Part shown: one piece after another, positions 47,070-58,387 of the stretch
Numbering within the stretch: the stretch's first letter is position 1
Layout: every line of letters starts with the position of its first letter
NCBI RefSeq assembly: GCF_024305175.1
Contig: NZ_JAMWYY010000002.1
Span: 42,258-106,257 of the forward strand
Direction: 5' to 3'
Length of the DNA stretch: 64,000 nucleotides
From: Flavobacterium sp.
GTDB lineage: Bacteria; Bacteroidota; Bacteroidia; Flavobacteriales; Flavobacteriaceae
Position numbers and translations under genes: made by a program
Notes under the pieces: generated by a model
The model's database searches: none
What the model was told of the DNA's origin: nothing
Seen by the model: the letters and a program-made list of their open reading frames with translations, nothing else

Positions 47070-48770
47070 TTAAAAAACAGCTTTAAAACTAAGGTGTACT
47101 ATAGAGTTTGATAGTTTTATAGACTGGTTGCCTGTACTGCCGTTAGCATAAATTATATTGAATAATCCGTTTTTTGTGAGCAGCCCGAAACCGAATCCCA
47201 ACCCAAGCAGGTTGTCATTAAAGTTAGAGGTCTTATCCTGAAAATATCCATAATCGGTAATAGAGTATAGGTACATATTAGGAGCCAGTATATACCTGTA
47301 CTCGGCGAGCAGGGCGGTGTACAGGCTTGCCTGCAGGCTGTTCTCGTTAAACCCCCTTACAGAGTTAATACCCCCAAAGCGGTAAAGCTCATTAATTATA
47401 TAGGTGTTACTGTCCAGATAATAGCTTTCGTTGCGTATTGCAATAATATTCCGCTTGTTCAGGTACAGGTTGTGCGAAACGTCTGCCTGTAAAAAAAACT
47501 GGCCGGTATCAGTCGCCTTGGTATTACGGCTGCCAATACCGCCTTTAATCATTATGCGGGTTTTTTCAGGGAACAGGTAATCATCAAAAGTATAACCGGT
47601 ATGCTCGTAGGTTGAGGTCCAGAAGGTGCTGCTGTAGTCGCTAAGTGTGGTATTGTCGAGATTTTGTATATCTACCGACTGGGTGCGCCTGTAACCCAAA
47701 AAAACTTTTGAGTTATAGCTAAAGTAATATCCGGCATTAAGGTCTGTAACGGTGTTCTGGAATGTGCTGTCCTGCTTAAATATATTAAGGCTGCCCTTTA
47801 ACCCGATGGGGCTTTTAAAAATATACGGCAGTTCCAACTGGGCGTTAAACGTAGTTTGCTCATCGCCATTGTTTTTCCAGTACAGGTTAAAGCGCTCTCC
47901 GGAGTTAAGCACGTTTACCAACAGCAGGTCTAAATATCCGTTAAAGCGAACATTACCTTCATCTTCGTCATTACTGAAGCCTATAAATCCGTCAAAACTG
48001 TTTGGTTTGGCTTTTTCCAGATATACATATACTTTAGTCGTGTCTTCCTTAAATAGTATTTCAGGGTAACGCACCTGGCTTACAAATTTTATTGCATTAA
48101 AGTCATTGTACACCCTTTGCAGGTTTTCGCGGTTAAAGGTTTTACCACTGTACTTTTTTAAGATACTTCTCCGCAGGCCCTCAGGAAATTTTGTATAGCC
48201 TTCTATAACCAGCCCGTCAAGCGTGCGCTTCTTTTCTATTTCTGCTTTTATGGCGGCAGTTATAATATTACCTTTTTTTTCATGCCCTGTCAGTTGCAGG
48301 CTGCTCAGGCTGTATCCTTTTTTTTCGAGTAAGGCCGTACGGTTTTCCATATACTGCTTTACAGTGCCTGTTGCCAATACTATTGTGTCTTCTGCAATGT
48401 CCAGCAACTGCCTTTCGGCATCGGTAAGTGTAGTTGTATATATATGTATGTAATCTGTTTTTGTGGCAATTGAAAATGCATATACAAAAGTGGTATCATT
48501 TATTTTTTGGTGCGCCACCTCCCGGGCTTCCAGGTAGCCTTTGCCTGATAGCTTTTGTAGTATATTTGCCGCTTCCGCTTCAACGGCTTTTGCGTTTTCG
48601 TGGTTTTTTATATATCCTAAAGAGTCAATAACAGCAGTTTCGGCTGCATTGGCGCCTTCAGCTTTAAGATACAGGTTTTGCGCCCCGCACCAAAAAGCAG
48701 AAAATAGTAATGTATATATGAAGTAAAGAAATCTCAATACAGAAAAATGGTGTTGGTAAAAGTAACGCAA
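47070..48770 (-). CDS. Omp85/BamA-family-like outer-membrane beta-barrel protein with POTRA-like N-terminal region
   Basis: 566 aa. ELYRFGGINSVRGF motif, alternating beta-strand pattern, C-terminal ...LSFKAVF. There is no in-frame ATG near the 5' end, so the start must be TTG (48770, or an internal TTG near 48737). Confidence 0.55.
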   Translation of the reverse strand: MRYFYQHHFSVLRFLYFIYTLLFSAFWCGAQNLYLKAEGANAAETAVIDSLGYIKNHENAKAVEAEAANILQKLSGKGYLEAREVAHQKINDTTFVYAFSIATKTDYIHIYTTTLTDAERQLLDIAEDTIVLATGTVKQYMENRTALLEKKGYSLSSLQLTGHEKKGNIITAAIKAEIEKKRTLDGLVIEGYTKFPEGLRRSILKKYSGKTFNRENLQRVYNDFNAIKFVSQVRYPEILFKEDTTKVYVYLEKAKPNSFDGFIGFSNDEDEGNVRFNGYLDLLLVNVLNSGERFNLYWKNNGDEQTTFNAQLELPYIFKSPIGLKGSLNIFKQDSTFQNTVTDLNAGYYFSYNSKVFLGYRRTQSVDIQNLDNTTLSDYSSTFWTSTYEHTGYTFDDYLFPEKTRIMIKGGIGSRNTKATDTGQFFLQADVSHNLYLNKRNIIAIRNESYYLDSNTYIINELYRFGGINSVRGFNENSLQASLYTALLAEYRYILAPNMYLYSITDYGYFQDKTSNFNDNLLGLGFGFGLLTKNGLFNIIYANGSTGNQSIKLSNSIVHLSFKAVF

Positions 48771-48837
48771 AAAAAGCGGAAAAAATATTAGTGCCTGTTG
48801 CGTAGAACAATATACTTGAAAATTAATGAATTATGAT

Positions 48838-48867
48838 TTGTTTTATTAATTATAATTCCTACATTTG
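48838..48867 (+). promoter_or_regulatory. Bacteroidota sigma-A type promoter (TTG-N19-TAcaTTTG) for the ribosomal protein super-operon
   Basis: TTG at 48838-48840 and TACATTTG at 48860-48867 with a 19-nt spacer, about 50 nt upstream of rpsL. Confidence 0.55.
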
Positions 48868-48919
48868 CAACCCCGAAAAAAGCGGGTTTTTTAATTTATA
48901 GAAATATTTAATAACAATT

Positions 48920-49300
48920 ATGCCTACAATTCAACAATTAGTAAGAACAGGAAGGGCCCAGATAACTAAGAAGAGTAAATCGGCTGCTTTAGATTCTTGT
49001 CCACAGAGGAGGGGTGTTTGTACACGTGTTTACACAACTACGCCTAAAAAACCGAATTCTGCAATGCGTAAAGTAGCAAGGGTTCGTTTAACAAACGGCA
49101 ACGAGGTAAATGCTTACATCCCGGGTGAAGGACATAATCTGCAGGAGCACTCGATAGTATTAGTTAGGGGTGGAAGGGTTAAAGACTTGCCAGGTGTTAG
49201 ATACCACATTGTTCGTGGAGCTCTGGATACTGCCGGTGTAAACGGAAGGTTACAGAGAAGGTCTAAGTACGGTGCAAAACGCCCTAAAGACAAAAAGTAA
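48920..49300 (+). CDS. rpsL: 30S ribosomal protein S12
   Basis: MPTIQQLVR...PKKPNSA.RKVARV is the unmistakable S12 sequence. Confidence 0.97.
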   Translation: MPTIQQLVRTGRAQITKKSKSAALDSCPQRRGVCTRVYTTTPKKPNSAMRKVARVRLTNGNEVNAYIPGEGHNLQEHSIVLVRGGRVKDLPGVRYHIVRGALDTAGVNGRLQRRSKYGAKRPKDKK

Positions 49301-49325
49301 TTTAAAGAGTTTTTAAAGAGAAGAC

Positions 49326-49802
49326 ATGAGAAAAAGACAGGCTAAAAAAAGACCTCTTTTACCGGATCCGAGGTTTAACGACCAGTTGGTAACACGTTTT
49401 GTAAATAACTTAATGTGGGACGGTAAAAAATCAACTGCTTTTAAAGTGTTTTATGATGCTATAGACATCGTAGAAACTAAGAAACAAGACGAAGAAAAAT
49501 CTGCGCTTGAAATGTGGAAAGACGCCCTAACTAACGTTATGCCTCACGTAGAGGTTCGTAGCCGCAGGGTAGGTGGCGCAACTTTCCAGATACCAATGCA
49601 AATCAGGCCAGACAGGAAAATCTCTATGGCCATGAAGTGGCTTATACTTTATGCAAGGAAAAGAAATGAGAAATCTATGGCTCAAAGGTTAGCTTCAGAA
49701 ATTTTGGCTGCTGCCAAAGAAGAAGGTGCTGCTGTTAAAAAGAGAATGGATACTCATAAAATGGCAGAGGCTAACAAAGCATTCTCTCACTTTAGATTCT
49801 AA
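49326..49802 (+). CDS. rpsG: 30S ribosomal protein S7
   Basis: 158 aa in the conserved position. Contains [16 protein letters not shown]. Confidence 0.97.
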   Translation: MRKRQAKKRPLLPDPRFNDQLVTRFVNNLMWDGKKSTAFKVFYDAIDIVETKKQDEEKSALEMWKDALTNVMPHVEVRSRRVGGATFQIPMQIRPDRKISMAMKWLILYARKRNEKSMAQRLASEILAAAKEEGAAVKKRMDTHKMAEANKAFSHFRF

Positions 49803-49823
49803 TTTCATAAAGAAAACAATACA

Positions 49824-51959
49824 ATGGCAAGAGATTTAAAATATACTAGAAACATAGGGATTGCTGCTCACATTGATGCCGGTAAAACGACAACAACAGA
49901 GCGTATCCTTTTTTATACGGGTAAATCACACAAAATTGGTGAGGTACACGATGGTGCTGCTACGATGGACTGGATGGCACAGGAGCAGGAAAGGGGTATT
50001 ACCATTACCTCGGCTGCTACAACCTGTACCTGGAATTTCCCTACAGAGCAGGGTAAGCCTATAGATAACACTACCGGTTACCACTTTAACATCATTGATA
50101 CTCCCGGACACGTTGACTTTACTGTTGAGGTAAACCGTTCACTTAGGGTGCTTGACGGACTTGTGTTCCTTTTTAGCGCCGTAGACGGTGTTGAGCCACA
50201 ATCTGAAACCAACTGGAGGCTTGCAGATAACTACAGGGTTCCGCGTATGGGGTTTGTAAACAAAATGGACCGCCAGGGTTCTAACTTCCTTGCAGTATGC
50301 CAGCAGGTTAAAGACATGCTTAAAAGTAACGCTGTGCCAATTGTATTGCCAATTGGTGATGAGGCCGACTTTAAAGGTGTTGTAGACCTTATCAAGAACC
50401 AGGCTATCGTTTGGCACGATGAAACACAGGGCGCTACTTTTGATATTGTTCCTATTCCGGACGATATGAAAGAAGAAGCACACCAGTACCGTGCACAGCT
50501 TATAGAAGAAGTTGCCGCTTATGATGAAAACCTTCTTGAGAAATTCATGGAAGATGAAGATTCTATCACAGAAGATGAAATCAACAACGCGCTTCGCAGG
50601 GCTACTATCGATATGGCTATCATACCGATGCTTTGCGGTTCTTCATTCAAGAACAAAGGTGTTCAGTTTATGCTTGACGCGGTTTGTAAATTCCTTCCTT
50701 CGCCACTTGATAAAGAAGCGATTGACGGTACAAACCCAGATACAGAAGAGCCTATTTCGCGTAAGCCATCTGTAACTGAGCCATTTGCTGCACTTGCATT
50801 TAAAATTGCTACCGACCCTTACGTGGGCCGTTTAGCATTCTTCAGGGCTTACTCTGGCCGCCTTGATGCAGGTTCTTATATCCTTAACACACGTTCAGGA
50901 AACAAAGAGCGTATATCACGTATCTACCAGATGCACGCTAACAAGCAAAATGCCATCGACTTTATTGAAGCGGGTGACATTGGTGCAGCAGTAGGTTTTA
51001 AAGATATTAAAACGGGTGACACACTATGTGATGAAAAGCACCCAATAGTACTTGAAAGTATGAACTTCCCTGATCCGGTAATCGGTATCGCGGTAGAGCC
51101 TAAAACAAAGGCAGACGTTGATAAAATGGGTATGGCGCTTGCAAAACTTGCAGAAGAAGACCCAACGTTTACCGTAAGGACAGACCATGCTTCAGGACAA
51201 ACTATTATCTCTGGTATGGGTGAGCTTCACCTTGACATCCTTGTAGACCGTCTTAAGCGTGAGTTTAAGGTAGAGGTTAACCAGGGCGAGCCACAGGTAG
51301 AGTATAAAGAGGCTATTACACGCAGCGCTAACCACAGAGAGGTTTACAAGAAACAGTCTGGTGGTCGCGGTAAGTTTGCTGATATTGTATTTAAACTTGA
51401 GCCTGCTGACGAAGTAGATGGCAAAGCTCCTGTTGGATTACAGTTTGTAAACGAGGTAAAAGGTGGTAACGTGCCTAAAGAATTTGTCCCTGCTGTAGAG
51501 AAAGGCTTTAGAGAAGCTATGAAACAAGGGCCTCTTGCCGGTTATGAAATGGATAGCATGAAGGTAACACTTCTTGACGGTTCATTCCACCCGGTTGACT
51601 CTGATGCACTTTCATTTGAACTTGCTGCAAAAATGGGCTACAAAGAAGCCGCTAAAGCTGCCGGTGCCGTAATCCTTGAGCCTATCATGAAGCTTGAAGT
51701 GCTTACTCCGGAAGAAAACATGGGTGATATTGTAGGTGACCTTAACCGTCGTCGTGGCCAGATAAACAACATGGACGACAGGGCAGGTTCTAAAGTAGTT
51801 AAAGCAAGCGTTCCGCTTTCAGAAATGTTTGGTTATGTAACTACACTAAGAACATTGTCTTCTGGTAGGGCAACATCTACAATGGAGTTCTCTCACTATG
51901 CAGAGACACCTTCTAACATTGCGGATGAAGTAATTAAAAAAGCTAAAGGAAACGCTTAA
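49824..51959 (+). CDS. fusA: Elongation factor G
   Basis: 711 aa with GTPase motifs [20 protein letters not shown] and NKMD. Confidence 0.97.
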   Translation: MARDLKYTRNIGIAAHIDAGKTTTTERILFYTGKSHKIGEVHDGAATMDWMAQEQERGITITSAATTCTWNFPTEQGKPIDNTTGYHFNIIDTPGHVDFTVEVNRSLRVLDGLVFLFSAVDGVEPQSETNWRLADNYRVPRMGFVNKMDRQGSNFLAVCQQVKDMLKSNAVPIVLPIGDEADFKGVVDLIKNQAIVWHDETQGATFDIVPIPDDMKEEAHQYRAQLIEEVAAYDENLLEKFMEDEDSITEDEINNALRRATIDMAIIPMLCGSSFKNKGVQFMLDAVCKFLPSPLDKEAIDGTNPDTEEPISRKPSVTEPFAALAFKIATDPYVGRLAFFRAYSGRLDAGSYILNTRSGNKERISRIYQMHANKQNAIDFIEAGDIGAAVGFKDIKTGDTLCDEKHPIVLESMNFPDPVIGIAVEPKTKADVDKMGMALAKLAEEDPTFTVRTDHASGQTIISGMGELHLDILVDRLKREFKVEVNQGEPQVEYKEAITRSANHREVYKKQSGGRGKFADIVFKLEPADEVDGKAPVGLQFVNEVKGGNVPKEFVPAVEKGFREAMKQGPLAGYEMDSMKVTLLDGSFHPVDSDALSFELAAKMGYKEAAKAAGAVILEPIMKLEVLTPEENMGDIVGDLNRRRGQINNMDDRAGSKVVKASVPLSEMFGYVTTLRTLSSGRATSTMEFSHYAETPSNIADEVIKKAKGNA

Positions 51960-51972
51960 TTATTAAAGGAAA

Positions 51973-52278
51973 ATGAGTCAGAAAATCAGAATAAAACTAA
52001 AATCATACGATCACAGTCTTGTAGACAAGTCTGCTGAAAAGATCGTTAAAACTGTAAAGAGTACCGGAGCAGTGGTTACAGGCCCAATTCCGTTACCAAC
52101 ACACAAGAAGATCTTTACCGTTCTTCGTTCTCCGCACGTAAACAAAAAGAGCAGGGAGCAGTTTGAAGTAAGTTCATACAAAAGGCTTCTTGATATCTAC
52201 AGCTCTTCAAGCAAAACCATTGATGCCCTAATGAAATTAGAGCTTCCAAGCGGTGTAGAGGTAGAGATAAAAGTGTGA
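51973..52278 (+). CDS. rpsJ: 30S ribosomal protein S10
   Basis: 101 aa. [10 protein letters not shown]...LPT...[17 protein letters not shown]. Confidence 0.97.
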   Translation: MSQKIRIKLKSYDHSLVDKSAEKIVKTVKSTGAVVTGPIPLPTHKKIFTVLRSPHVNKKSREQFEVSSYKRLLDIYSSSSKTIDALMKLELPSGVEVEIKV

Positions 52279-52299
52279 TAATAAAAGAAAAGGGAATTT

Positions 52300-52339
52300 G
52301 AGGATTGAGTATAGAGTTTCTTCTCTTTACTCAATTCTC
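52300..52339 (+). promoter_or_regulatory. Extended imperfect hairpin (12 + 4 bp) in the unusually long rpsJ-rplC spacer
   Basis: GAGGATTGAGTA (52300-52311) pairs with TACTCAATTCTC (52328-52339), including one G-U pair. An inner AGAG/CTCT stem has loop TTTCTT. No U-run follows immediately. The structure is certain; its function is unknown. Confidence 0.4.
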
Positions 52340-52391
52340 ATATCTCATATCTAAGAAAAAGTATTTTATTTTTTAATTAATAATTATTTAT

Positions 52392-53009
52392 ATGTCTGGG
52401 TTAATTGGTAAAAAAATAGGCATGACCAGTATTTTCGATGAAAACGGTAAAAACATTCCGTGTACAGTAATTGAAGCTGGCCCATGCGTAGTTACCCAAG
52501 TCAGAACCAATGAGGTTGACGGGTATAAGGCGTTGCAACTTGGTTTCGATGACAAAACAGAAAAGCATGTAGTTAAAGCTGCCGAAGGGCACTTTAAAAA
52601 AGCAGGTACTTCTGGCAAGAAAAAGGTCGCCGAATTCAAGTATTTTGCAACAGAGCACAACTTAGGAGATGTGCTTACAGTAGACCTTTTTAAAGAAGGT
52701 GAATTTGTAGATGTTCAGGGAGTATCTAAAGGTAAAGGCTTTCAGGGCGTTGTTAAACGCCACGGCTTTGGCGGTGTTGGCCAGGCTACTCACGGTCAGC
52801 ACAACCGTTTAAGGGCTCCGGGTTCTGTTGGTGCATCATCATATCCATCAAGGGTATTTAAAGGTATGCGTATGGCAGGAAGAACAGGTGGAGAGAAAGT
52901 AACAATACAAAACCTTGTAGTTTTAAAAGTGGTAGCAGAGAAAAACCTTCTTGTTATTAAGGGTGCAATACCTGGCCACAAAAACTCGTATGTAATCATT
53001 CAGAAGTAA
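52392..53009 (+). CDS. rplC: 50S ribosomal protein L3
   Basis: Conserved sequence and position in the operon. Confidence 0.97.
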   Translation: MSGLIGKKIGMTSIFDENGKNIPCTVIEAGPCVVTQVRTNEVDGYKALQLGFDDKTEKHVVKAAEGHFKKAGTSGKKKVAEFKYFATEHNLGDVLTVDLFKEGEFVDVQGVSKGKGFQGVVKRHGFGGVGQATHGQHNRLRAPGSVGASSYPSRVFKGMRMAGRTGGEKVTIQNLVVLKVVAEKNLLVIKGAIPGHKNSYVIIQK

Positions 53010-53638
53010 TGGAAGTAAAAGTATTAAACATAAACGGAAAAGAAACTGGCAGAACGGTAACCCTTTCTGATTCAGTATTCGCTATAGAGCCAAACAAGCA
53101 CGCTGTATACCTTGATGTTAAACAATACCTGGCTAACCAAAGGCAGGGTACCCATAAAAGTAAAGAGCGTAACGAGGTAACCGGTAGTACCCGTAAAATT
53201 AAAAAGCAAAAAGGTACCGGTACAGCCCGTGCAGGTAGCGTTAAGAACCCTTTGTTTAAAGGTGGGGGTACCATTTTTGGCCCAAGGCCAAGAAGCTACT
53301 CTTTTAAGCTTAACAAAAACCTTAAGCGCCTTGCAAGAAAATCTGCCCTTGCATTAAAAGCAAAAGAGTCTAACCTGATAATTGTAGAAGACTTTAATTT
53401 TGATGCCCCAAGCACTAAAAATTTCATTAACGTTTTGAAAGCTTTAGGGTTAGACAATAAAAAATCTTTATTTGTGTTGGGTGATACAAATAAAAACGTA
53501 TATTTGTCGTCACGCAATTTAAAAGCGTCCTCTGTTGTAACTTCTTCAGAATTAAACACTTACGCGATAATAAACGCTAATAATTTAGTTCTTACAGAGG
53601 GCTCAGTAGAAGGAATTACAGAAAACTTAAGCAAATAA
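53009..53638 (+). CDS. rplD: 50S ribosomal protein L4
   Basis: Conserved order; TAATG overlap with rplC. Confidence 0.95.
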   Translation: MEVKVLNINGKETGRTVTLSDSVFAIEPNKHAVYLDVKQYLANQRQGTHKSKERNEVTGSTRKIKKQKGTGTARAGSVKNPLFKGGGTIFGPRPRSYSFKLNKNLKRLARKSALALKAKESNLIIVEDFNFDAPSTKNFINVLKALGLDNKKSLFVLGDTNKNVYLSSRNLKASSVVTSSELNTYAIINANNLVLTEGSVEGITENLSK

Positions 53639-53646
53639 ACAGGGAT

Positions 53647-53937
53647 ATGAGCATTATAATTAAGCCTATCATCACTGAAAAAGTAACCAAAGACGGTGAA
53701 GTTTTTAACCGTTTTGGTTTTGTTGTTGATAAAAGGGCCAACAAAATCCAGATAAAAAAAGCCGTTGAGGCTGCTTATGGGGTTTCTGTGGTTGAAGTTA
53801 ACACAATGAACTACAGGGCTGATAGAACAGTTAAGTACACAAAAAGTGGACTGATAACAGGAAAGACAAGTGCTTACAAAAAAGCAATTGTTCAAGTACA
53901 GGAAGGAGAAACAATAGATTTTTACAATAATATCTAA
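53647..53937 (+). CDS. rplW: 50S ribosomal protein L23
   Basis: Conserved order; 96 aa. Confidence 0.95.
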   Translation: MSIIIKPIITEKVTKDGEVFNRFGFVVDKRANKIQIKKAVEAAYGVSVVEVNTMNYRADRTVKYTKSGLITGKTSAYKKAIVQVQEGETIDFYNNI

Positions 53938-53943
53938 TAGAAA

Positions 53944-54768
53944 ATGTCAGTTAGAAAATTAAAACCTATTACCCCGGGCCAGCGTTTTAGAGTTGTAAAT
54001 AGCTTTGACACTATTACAACTGATAAGCCGGAGCGTTCTCTTATCGCACCGAAAAAAAGCTCAGGAGGTAGAAATAGTCAAGGAAAAATGACCATGCGTT
54101 ACACAGGCGGTGGTCACAAAAAAAGGTATCGTATTATAGATTTTAAAAGAGCTAAAACTGCTGTTAACGCAGAAGTTTTAACTATAGAATACGACCCTAA
54201 TCGTTCAGCATTTATATCCCTGGTACAATATACTGACGGAGAAAAGGCATACATTGTAGCTCCTAACGGACTTCAGGTAGGCCAAACCATTGTTTCCGGA
54301 GAAAATGCAGCGCCAGAAATTGGTAATGCACTTCCTTTAAGTAAAATTCCTCTGGGAACTGTTATATCTTGCATAGAACTACGCCCGGGACAAGGTGCTG
54401 TTATAGCGCGTAGTGCCGGTACTTTTGCCCAGCTAATGGCAAGGGACGGAAAGTATGCTACTATTAAAATGCCAAGCGGTGAAACAAGGCTTATCCTTTT
54501 AACCTGCATGGCTACTATAGGAGCTGTTTCTAACTCAGACCACCAGCTTATCGTTAGCGGTAAAGCAGGTAGGAGCAGGTGGTTAGGCCGCAGGCCAAGA
54601 ACAAGGCCGGTAGCTATGAACCCTGTAGATCACCCGATGGGTGGTGGTGAAGGACGCTCTTCAGGAGGTCACCCACGCTCTAGGAAAGGTCTTCCGGCTA
54701 AAGGTTACAGGACTCGTTCTAAAGTTAACCCGAGTAATAAGTATATCGTAGAACGTAGAAAGAAATAA
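53944..54768 (+). CDS. rplB: 50S ribosomal protein L2
   Basis: 274 aa. Contains [12 protein letters not shown]. Confidence 0.97.
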   Translation: MSVRKLKPITPGQRFRVVNSFDTITTDKPERSLIAPKKSSGGRNSQGKMTMRYTGGGHKKRYRIIDFKRAKTAVNAEVLTIEYDPNRSAFISLVQYTDGEKAYIVAPNGLQVGQTIVSGENAAPEIGNALPLSKIPLGTVISCIELRPGQGAVIARSAGTFAQLMARDGKYATIKMPSGETRLILLTCMATIGAVSNSDHQLIVSGKAGRSRWLGRRPRTRPVAMNPVDHPMGGGEGRSSGGHPRSRKGLPAKGYRTRSKVNPSNKYIVERRKK

Positions 54769-54778
54769 TAAGTAAGAT

Positions 54779-55057
54779 ATGGCACGTTCATTAAAAAAAG
54801 GACCTTACGTTCACTACAAACTGGAAAAGAAAGTTCTTGAAAATATAGAAAAAGGTAACAAAGGAGTTGTTAAGACATGGTCTCGCGCCTCTATGATTAC
54901 CCCTGATTTTGTAGGACAGACTATAGCAGTGCACAACGGTCGTCAGTTTGTTCCTGTATATGTTACAGAGAACATGGTAGGTCATAAACTAGGAGAATTT
55001 TCGCCGACCCGCTCTTTCAGGGGCCACGCCGGTGCTAAAAATAAAGGAAAAAAATAA
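54779..55057 (+). CDS. rpsS: 30S ribosomal protein S19
   Basis: MARSLKKGP... and HNGRQFVPV. Confidence 0.97.
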   Translation: MARSLKKGPYVHYKLEKKVLENIEKGNKGVVKTWSRASMITPDFVGQTIAVHNGRQFVPVYVTENMVGHKLGEFSPTRSFRGHAGAKNKGKK

Positions 55058-55063
55058 TAAGCA

Positions 55064-55477
55064 ATGGGAGTTCGTAAAAGACAGGCAGCAGATGCCAGGA
55101 AAGAGGCTAACAAGTCAGTTGCTTTTGCAAAGCTTAACAACTGCCCTACTTCTCCAAGGAAAATGCGTATTGTAGCAGACCTTGTAAGGGGACAAAAAGT
55201 AGAATTAGCACTCAATATATTGAAATTTAACAGCAAGGAGGCTTCCCGCAAACTTGAAAAACTTTTGCTTTCTGCCATTAATAACTGGCAGCAAAAGAAC
55301 AGCGAGGAAAACCTGGAAGAAGCCGGCCTTTTTGTGAAAGAGATAAGGGTAGACGGTGGTACGATGTTAAAAAGGCTTAGGCCTGCACCTCAGGGCCGCG
55401 CCCACAGGATAAGGAAACGCTCTAACCATGTTACAATTGTACTTGGAGCTATTAACAATAACACACAAAGCAATTAA
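55064..55477 (+). CDS. rplV: 50S ribosomal protein L22
   Basis: Conserved order; 137 aa. Confidence 0.95.
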   Translation: MGVRKRQAADARKEANKSVAFAKLNNCPTSPRKMRIVADLVRGQKVELALNILKFNSKEASRKLEKLLLSAINNWQQKNSEENLEEAGLFVKEIRVDGGTMLKRLRPAPQGRAHRIRKRSNHVTIVLGAINNNTQSN

Positions 55478-55485
55478 TAAACAGT

Positions 55486-56211
55486 ATGGGACAAAAGACA
55501 AATCCAATAGGAAATCGCCTTGGTATCATTAGAGGATGGGATTCCAACTGGTATGGTGGAAATGATTACGGCGATAAACTTGCCGAAGACCACAAGATCA
55601 GGAAGTATATCCATGCGCGTTTATCAAAAGCAAGTGTGTCTAAAGTAATTATTGAAAGGACTCTTAAACTTGTAACCGTTACTATCACCACTGCCCGTCC
55701 CGGTATTATTATCGGTAAAGGTGGCCAGGAGGTAGACAAGCTGAAAGAGGAGCTTAAGAAAATTACTGACAAAGAGGTTCAAATCAACATCTTTGAAATT
55801 AAAAGACCGGAACTTGACGCTTACCTTGTAGCATCAAGCATTGCCCGCCAGATAGAAAGCAGGATTTCTTACAGGCGTGCTATTAAAATGGCTATTGCTG
55901 CTGCTATGCGTATGAACGCAGAAGGTATTAAAGTTATGATTTCCGGCCGTTTGAATGGTGCTGAAATGGCACGTTCAGAAATGTTTAAAGAAGGTAGGAT
56001 CCCTCTTTCTACTTTCAGGGCGGACATTGATTATGCACTTGCAGAGTCTCATACTACTTATGGTAGGATGGGTATCAAAGTGTGGATCATGAAAGGTGAG
56101 GTTTATGGTAAGAGAGATCTTTCTCCGTTAGTAGGTATGGACAAGAAACAGTCTAAATCTGCAGGATCTCAAAAACCAGCCGGAGCAGGCAAACCCCGCA
56201 AAAGAAAGTAA
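55486..56211 (+). CDS. rpsC: 30S ribosomal protein S3
   Basis: [13 protein letters not shown]... with a KH domain. Confidence 0.97.
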   Translation: MGQKTNPIGNRLGIIRGWDSNWYGGNDYGDKLAEDHKIRKYIHARLSKASVSKVIIERTLKLVTVTITTARPGIIIGKGGQEVDKLKEELKKITDKEVQINIFEIKRPELDAYLVASSIARQIESRISYRRAIKMAIAAAMRMNAEGIKVMISGRLNGAEMARSEMFKEGRIPLSTFRADIDYALAESHTTYGRMGIKVWIMKGEVYGKRDLSPLVGMDKKQSKSAGSQKPAGAGKPRKRK

Positions 56212-56231
56212 TTTTTTAAAAGAAAGAAAAA

Positions 56232-56651
56232 ATGTTACAGCCTAAAAGAACGAAATACCGCAAGGTACAGAAAGGTAAAATGAAGGGCGTGTCTCAAAGA
56301 GGTCACGAACTTTCTAATGGTATGTTTGGCATAAAATCTTTAGATTCATCTTTTATTACTTCTCGTCAGATAGAGGCTGCGCGTATCGCTGCAACCCGTT
56401 TTATGAAAAGGGAAGGGCAATTATGGATTAAAATTTTCCCGGATAAGCCTATAACCAAAAAACCTCTAGAGGTAAGGATGGGTAAAGGTAAGGGTGCCGT
56501 AGAATATTGGGCAGCCGTTGTTAAACCGGGAAGGATAATGTTTGAAGTGGGAGGTGTGCCGCTTGCAGTTGCAAAAGAGGCTTTACGCCTTGCAGCACAA
56601 AAGCTTCCTGTTAAAACTAAGTTTATTGTTGCCAGAGATTTTGAAGCATAA
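56232..56651 (+). CDS. rplP: 50S ribosomal protein L16
   Basis: [11 protein letters not shown]... Confidence 0.97.
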   Translation: MLQPKRTKYRKVQKGKMKGVSQRGHELSNGMFGIKSLDSSFITSRQIEAARIAATRFMKREGQLWIKIFPDKPITKKPLEVRMGKGKGAVEYWAAVVKPGRIMFEVGGVPLAVAKEALRLAAQKLPVKTKFIVARDFEA

Positions 56652-56663
56652 TCAACAATTATT

Positions 56664-56855
56664 ATGAAACAATCAGAAATTAAAGATCTATCTGCAGCTG
56701 AGTTACAAAGTAAACTTGGTGAGCTAAGAAAGACATATGCCGACCTAAAATCAGCTCACGCTATCTCTCCAATCGAGAATCCGTTACAAATCAGGACCGT
56801 AAGAAGGTCTATTGCGAGAGTAGCTACTGAGTTAAGCAAAAGAGAGTTACAATAA
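56664..56855 (+). CDS. rpmC: 50S ribosomal protein L29
   Basis: 63 aa; conserved order. Confidence 0.93.
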   Translation: MKQSEIKDLSAAELQSKLGELRKTYADLKSAHAISPIENPLQIRTVRRSIARVATELSKRELQ

Positions 56856-56874
56856 TTGTAGTCTAAGCTGAAAG

Positions 56875-57132
56875 ATGGAAAAAAGAAATTTAAGAAAAGA
56901 ACGAGTAGGTGTTGTAACCAGCAACAAAATGACAAAATCTATTGTTGTTTCTGAAACCAGGAAGGTTAAACACCCGTTATATGGTAAGTTCGTGTTAAAA
57001 ACTAAGAAATATGTTGCACACGACGAAAAGAACGACTGTAACATTGGAGATACTGTAAGGATTATGGAAACACGTCCTTTAAGTAAAACTAAATGTTGGA
57101 GATTAGTAGAAATCATTGAAAGAGCGAAGTAA
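56875..57132 (+). CDS. rpsQ: 30S ribosomal protein S17
   Basis: 85 aa; conserved order. Confidence 0.95.
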   Translation: MEKRNLRKERVGVVTSNKMTKSIVVSETRKVKHPLYGKFVLKTKKYVAHDEKNDCNIGDTVRIMETRPLSKTKCWRLVEIIERAK

Positions 57133-57134
57133 TT

Positions 57135-57503
57135 ATGGTACAGCAGGAATCCAGATTAAAAGTAGCAGATAACACGGGAGCTAAAGAAGTTTTAACTATC
57201 CGTGTTCTAGGAGGTACAAAAAGGCGTTACGCTTCTGTGGGCGACAAAATTGTAGTGGCTGTAAAAGATGCAACACCAAACGGAAACGTTAAGAAAGGTG
57301 CTGTTTCTACCGCTGTAGTTGTTCGTACCAAAAAAGAGGTGAGGAGAGCCGACGGTTCATACATCAGGTTTGACGATAACGCTTGCGTTTTGTTAAATGC
57401 TGCTGGTGAAATGAGGGGAACCCGCGTTTTTGGCCCTGTAGCAAGAGAACTTCGTGAAAAACAATTCATGAAAATTGTATCATTGGCACCTGAAGTGCTT
57501 TAA
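57135..57503 (+). CDS. rplN: 50S ribosomal protein L14
   Basis: [17 protein letters not shown]... Confidence 0.97.
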   Translation: MVQQESRLKVADNTGAKEVLTIRVLGGTKRRYASVGDKIVVAVKDATPNGNVKKGAVSTAVVVRTKKEVRRADGSYIRFDDNACVLLNAAGEMRGTRVFGPVARELREKQFMKIVSLAPEVL

Positions 57504-57515
57504 TTGATTTTAGAA

Positions 57516-57830
57516 ATGATAAAGCTAAAGATAAAATCAGGAGACACAGTAAGGGTAATTGCCGGCGACCACAAAGGTAGCGAGGGTAAAGTGCTTCGTG
57601 TTCTTCGTGAAAAAAATAAAGCGGTAGTAGAGGGTGTAAATATGGTGAGCAAGCACACAAAGCCAAGCGCCAAAAACCCTCAGGGTGGTATCGTGAAGAA
57701 AGAAGCTCCTATCCATATTTCTAACATTGCACTTGTAGATCCTAAAACTAAGGAAACTACAAAAGTGGGTGTAAGAACAGAAGGAGATAAGAACGTGAGA
57801 TTTTCAAAAAAATCTAATCAAGTATTATAG
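57516..57830 (+). CDS. rplX: 50S ribosomal protein L24
   Basis: KOW motif [18 protein letters not shown] prefer ATG 57516 over the ORF-track TTG at 57504. Confidence 0.93.
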   Translation: MIKLKIKSGDTVRVIAGDHKGSEGKVLRVLREKNKAVVEGVNMVSKHTKPSAKNPQGGIVKKEAPIHISNIALVDPKTKETTKVGVRTEGDKNVRFSKKSNQVL

Positions 57831-57832
57831 TA

Positions 57833-58384
57833 ATGGCTTATATACCAAGATTAAAACAAGAATATAAGGACAGGGTTATAGCTGCCCTTAAAGAAGAGTT
57901 CGGTTACAAGAACGTGATGCAGGTTCCTAAACTTGAGAAAATCGTTCTTAGCCGTGGAGTTGGAGCCGCTGTATCAGACAAGAAACTTATTGACTATGCA
58001 GTTGAGGAATTAACTAAAATTACAGGCCAGAAAGCTGTTTCTACCATTTCTAAGAAAGACGTTGCTACGTTTAAACTAAGGAAAGGTATGCCAATTGGCG
58101 CTAAAGTAACACTTCGTGGCGAAAGGATGTATGAATTTCTTGACAGGCTAATTACATCAGCTTTACCACGCGTAAGGGACTTTGGTGGTATTAAGGCTAC
58201 AGGTTTTGACGGAAGGGGTAATTATAACCTGGGTGTAACCGAGCAAATCATTTTCCCTGAAATTGATATTGATAAGGTTAACAAAATATCAGGTTTAGAT
58301 ATTACATTTGTAACTTCTGCAAAAACTGATAAAGAAGCAAAATCATTATTAGCAGAACTGGGTTTACCTTTTAAAAAGAATTAA
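57833..58384 (+). CDS. rplE: 50S ribosomal protein L5
   Basis: 183 aa; conserved order. Confidence 0.97.
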   Translation: MAYIPRLKQEYKDRVIAALKEEFGYKNVMQVPKLEKIVLSRGVGAAVSDKKLIDYAVEELTKITGQKAVSTISKKDVATFKLRKGMPIGAKVTLRGERMYEFLDRLITSALPRVRDFGGIKATGFDGRGNYNLGVTEQIIFPEIDIDKVNKISGLDITFVTSAKTDKEAKSLLAELGLPFKKN

Positions 58385-58387
58385 GAT

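Noticed and set aside
48872-48892. CCCG-AAAAAAG-CGGG hairpin plus T6 just after the rpsL promoter -7 box, considered as a leader attenuator.
   Set aside because: The stem is only 4 bp. It starts about 5 nt after the -7 box, so the predicted transcription start would fall inside or after the 5' arm. It is unlikely to form in the transcript.
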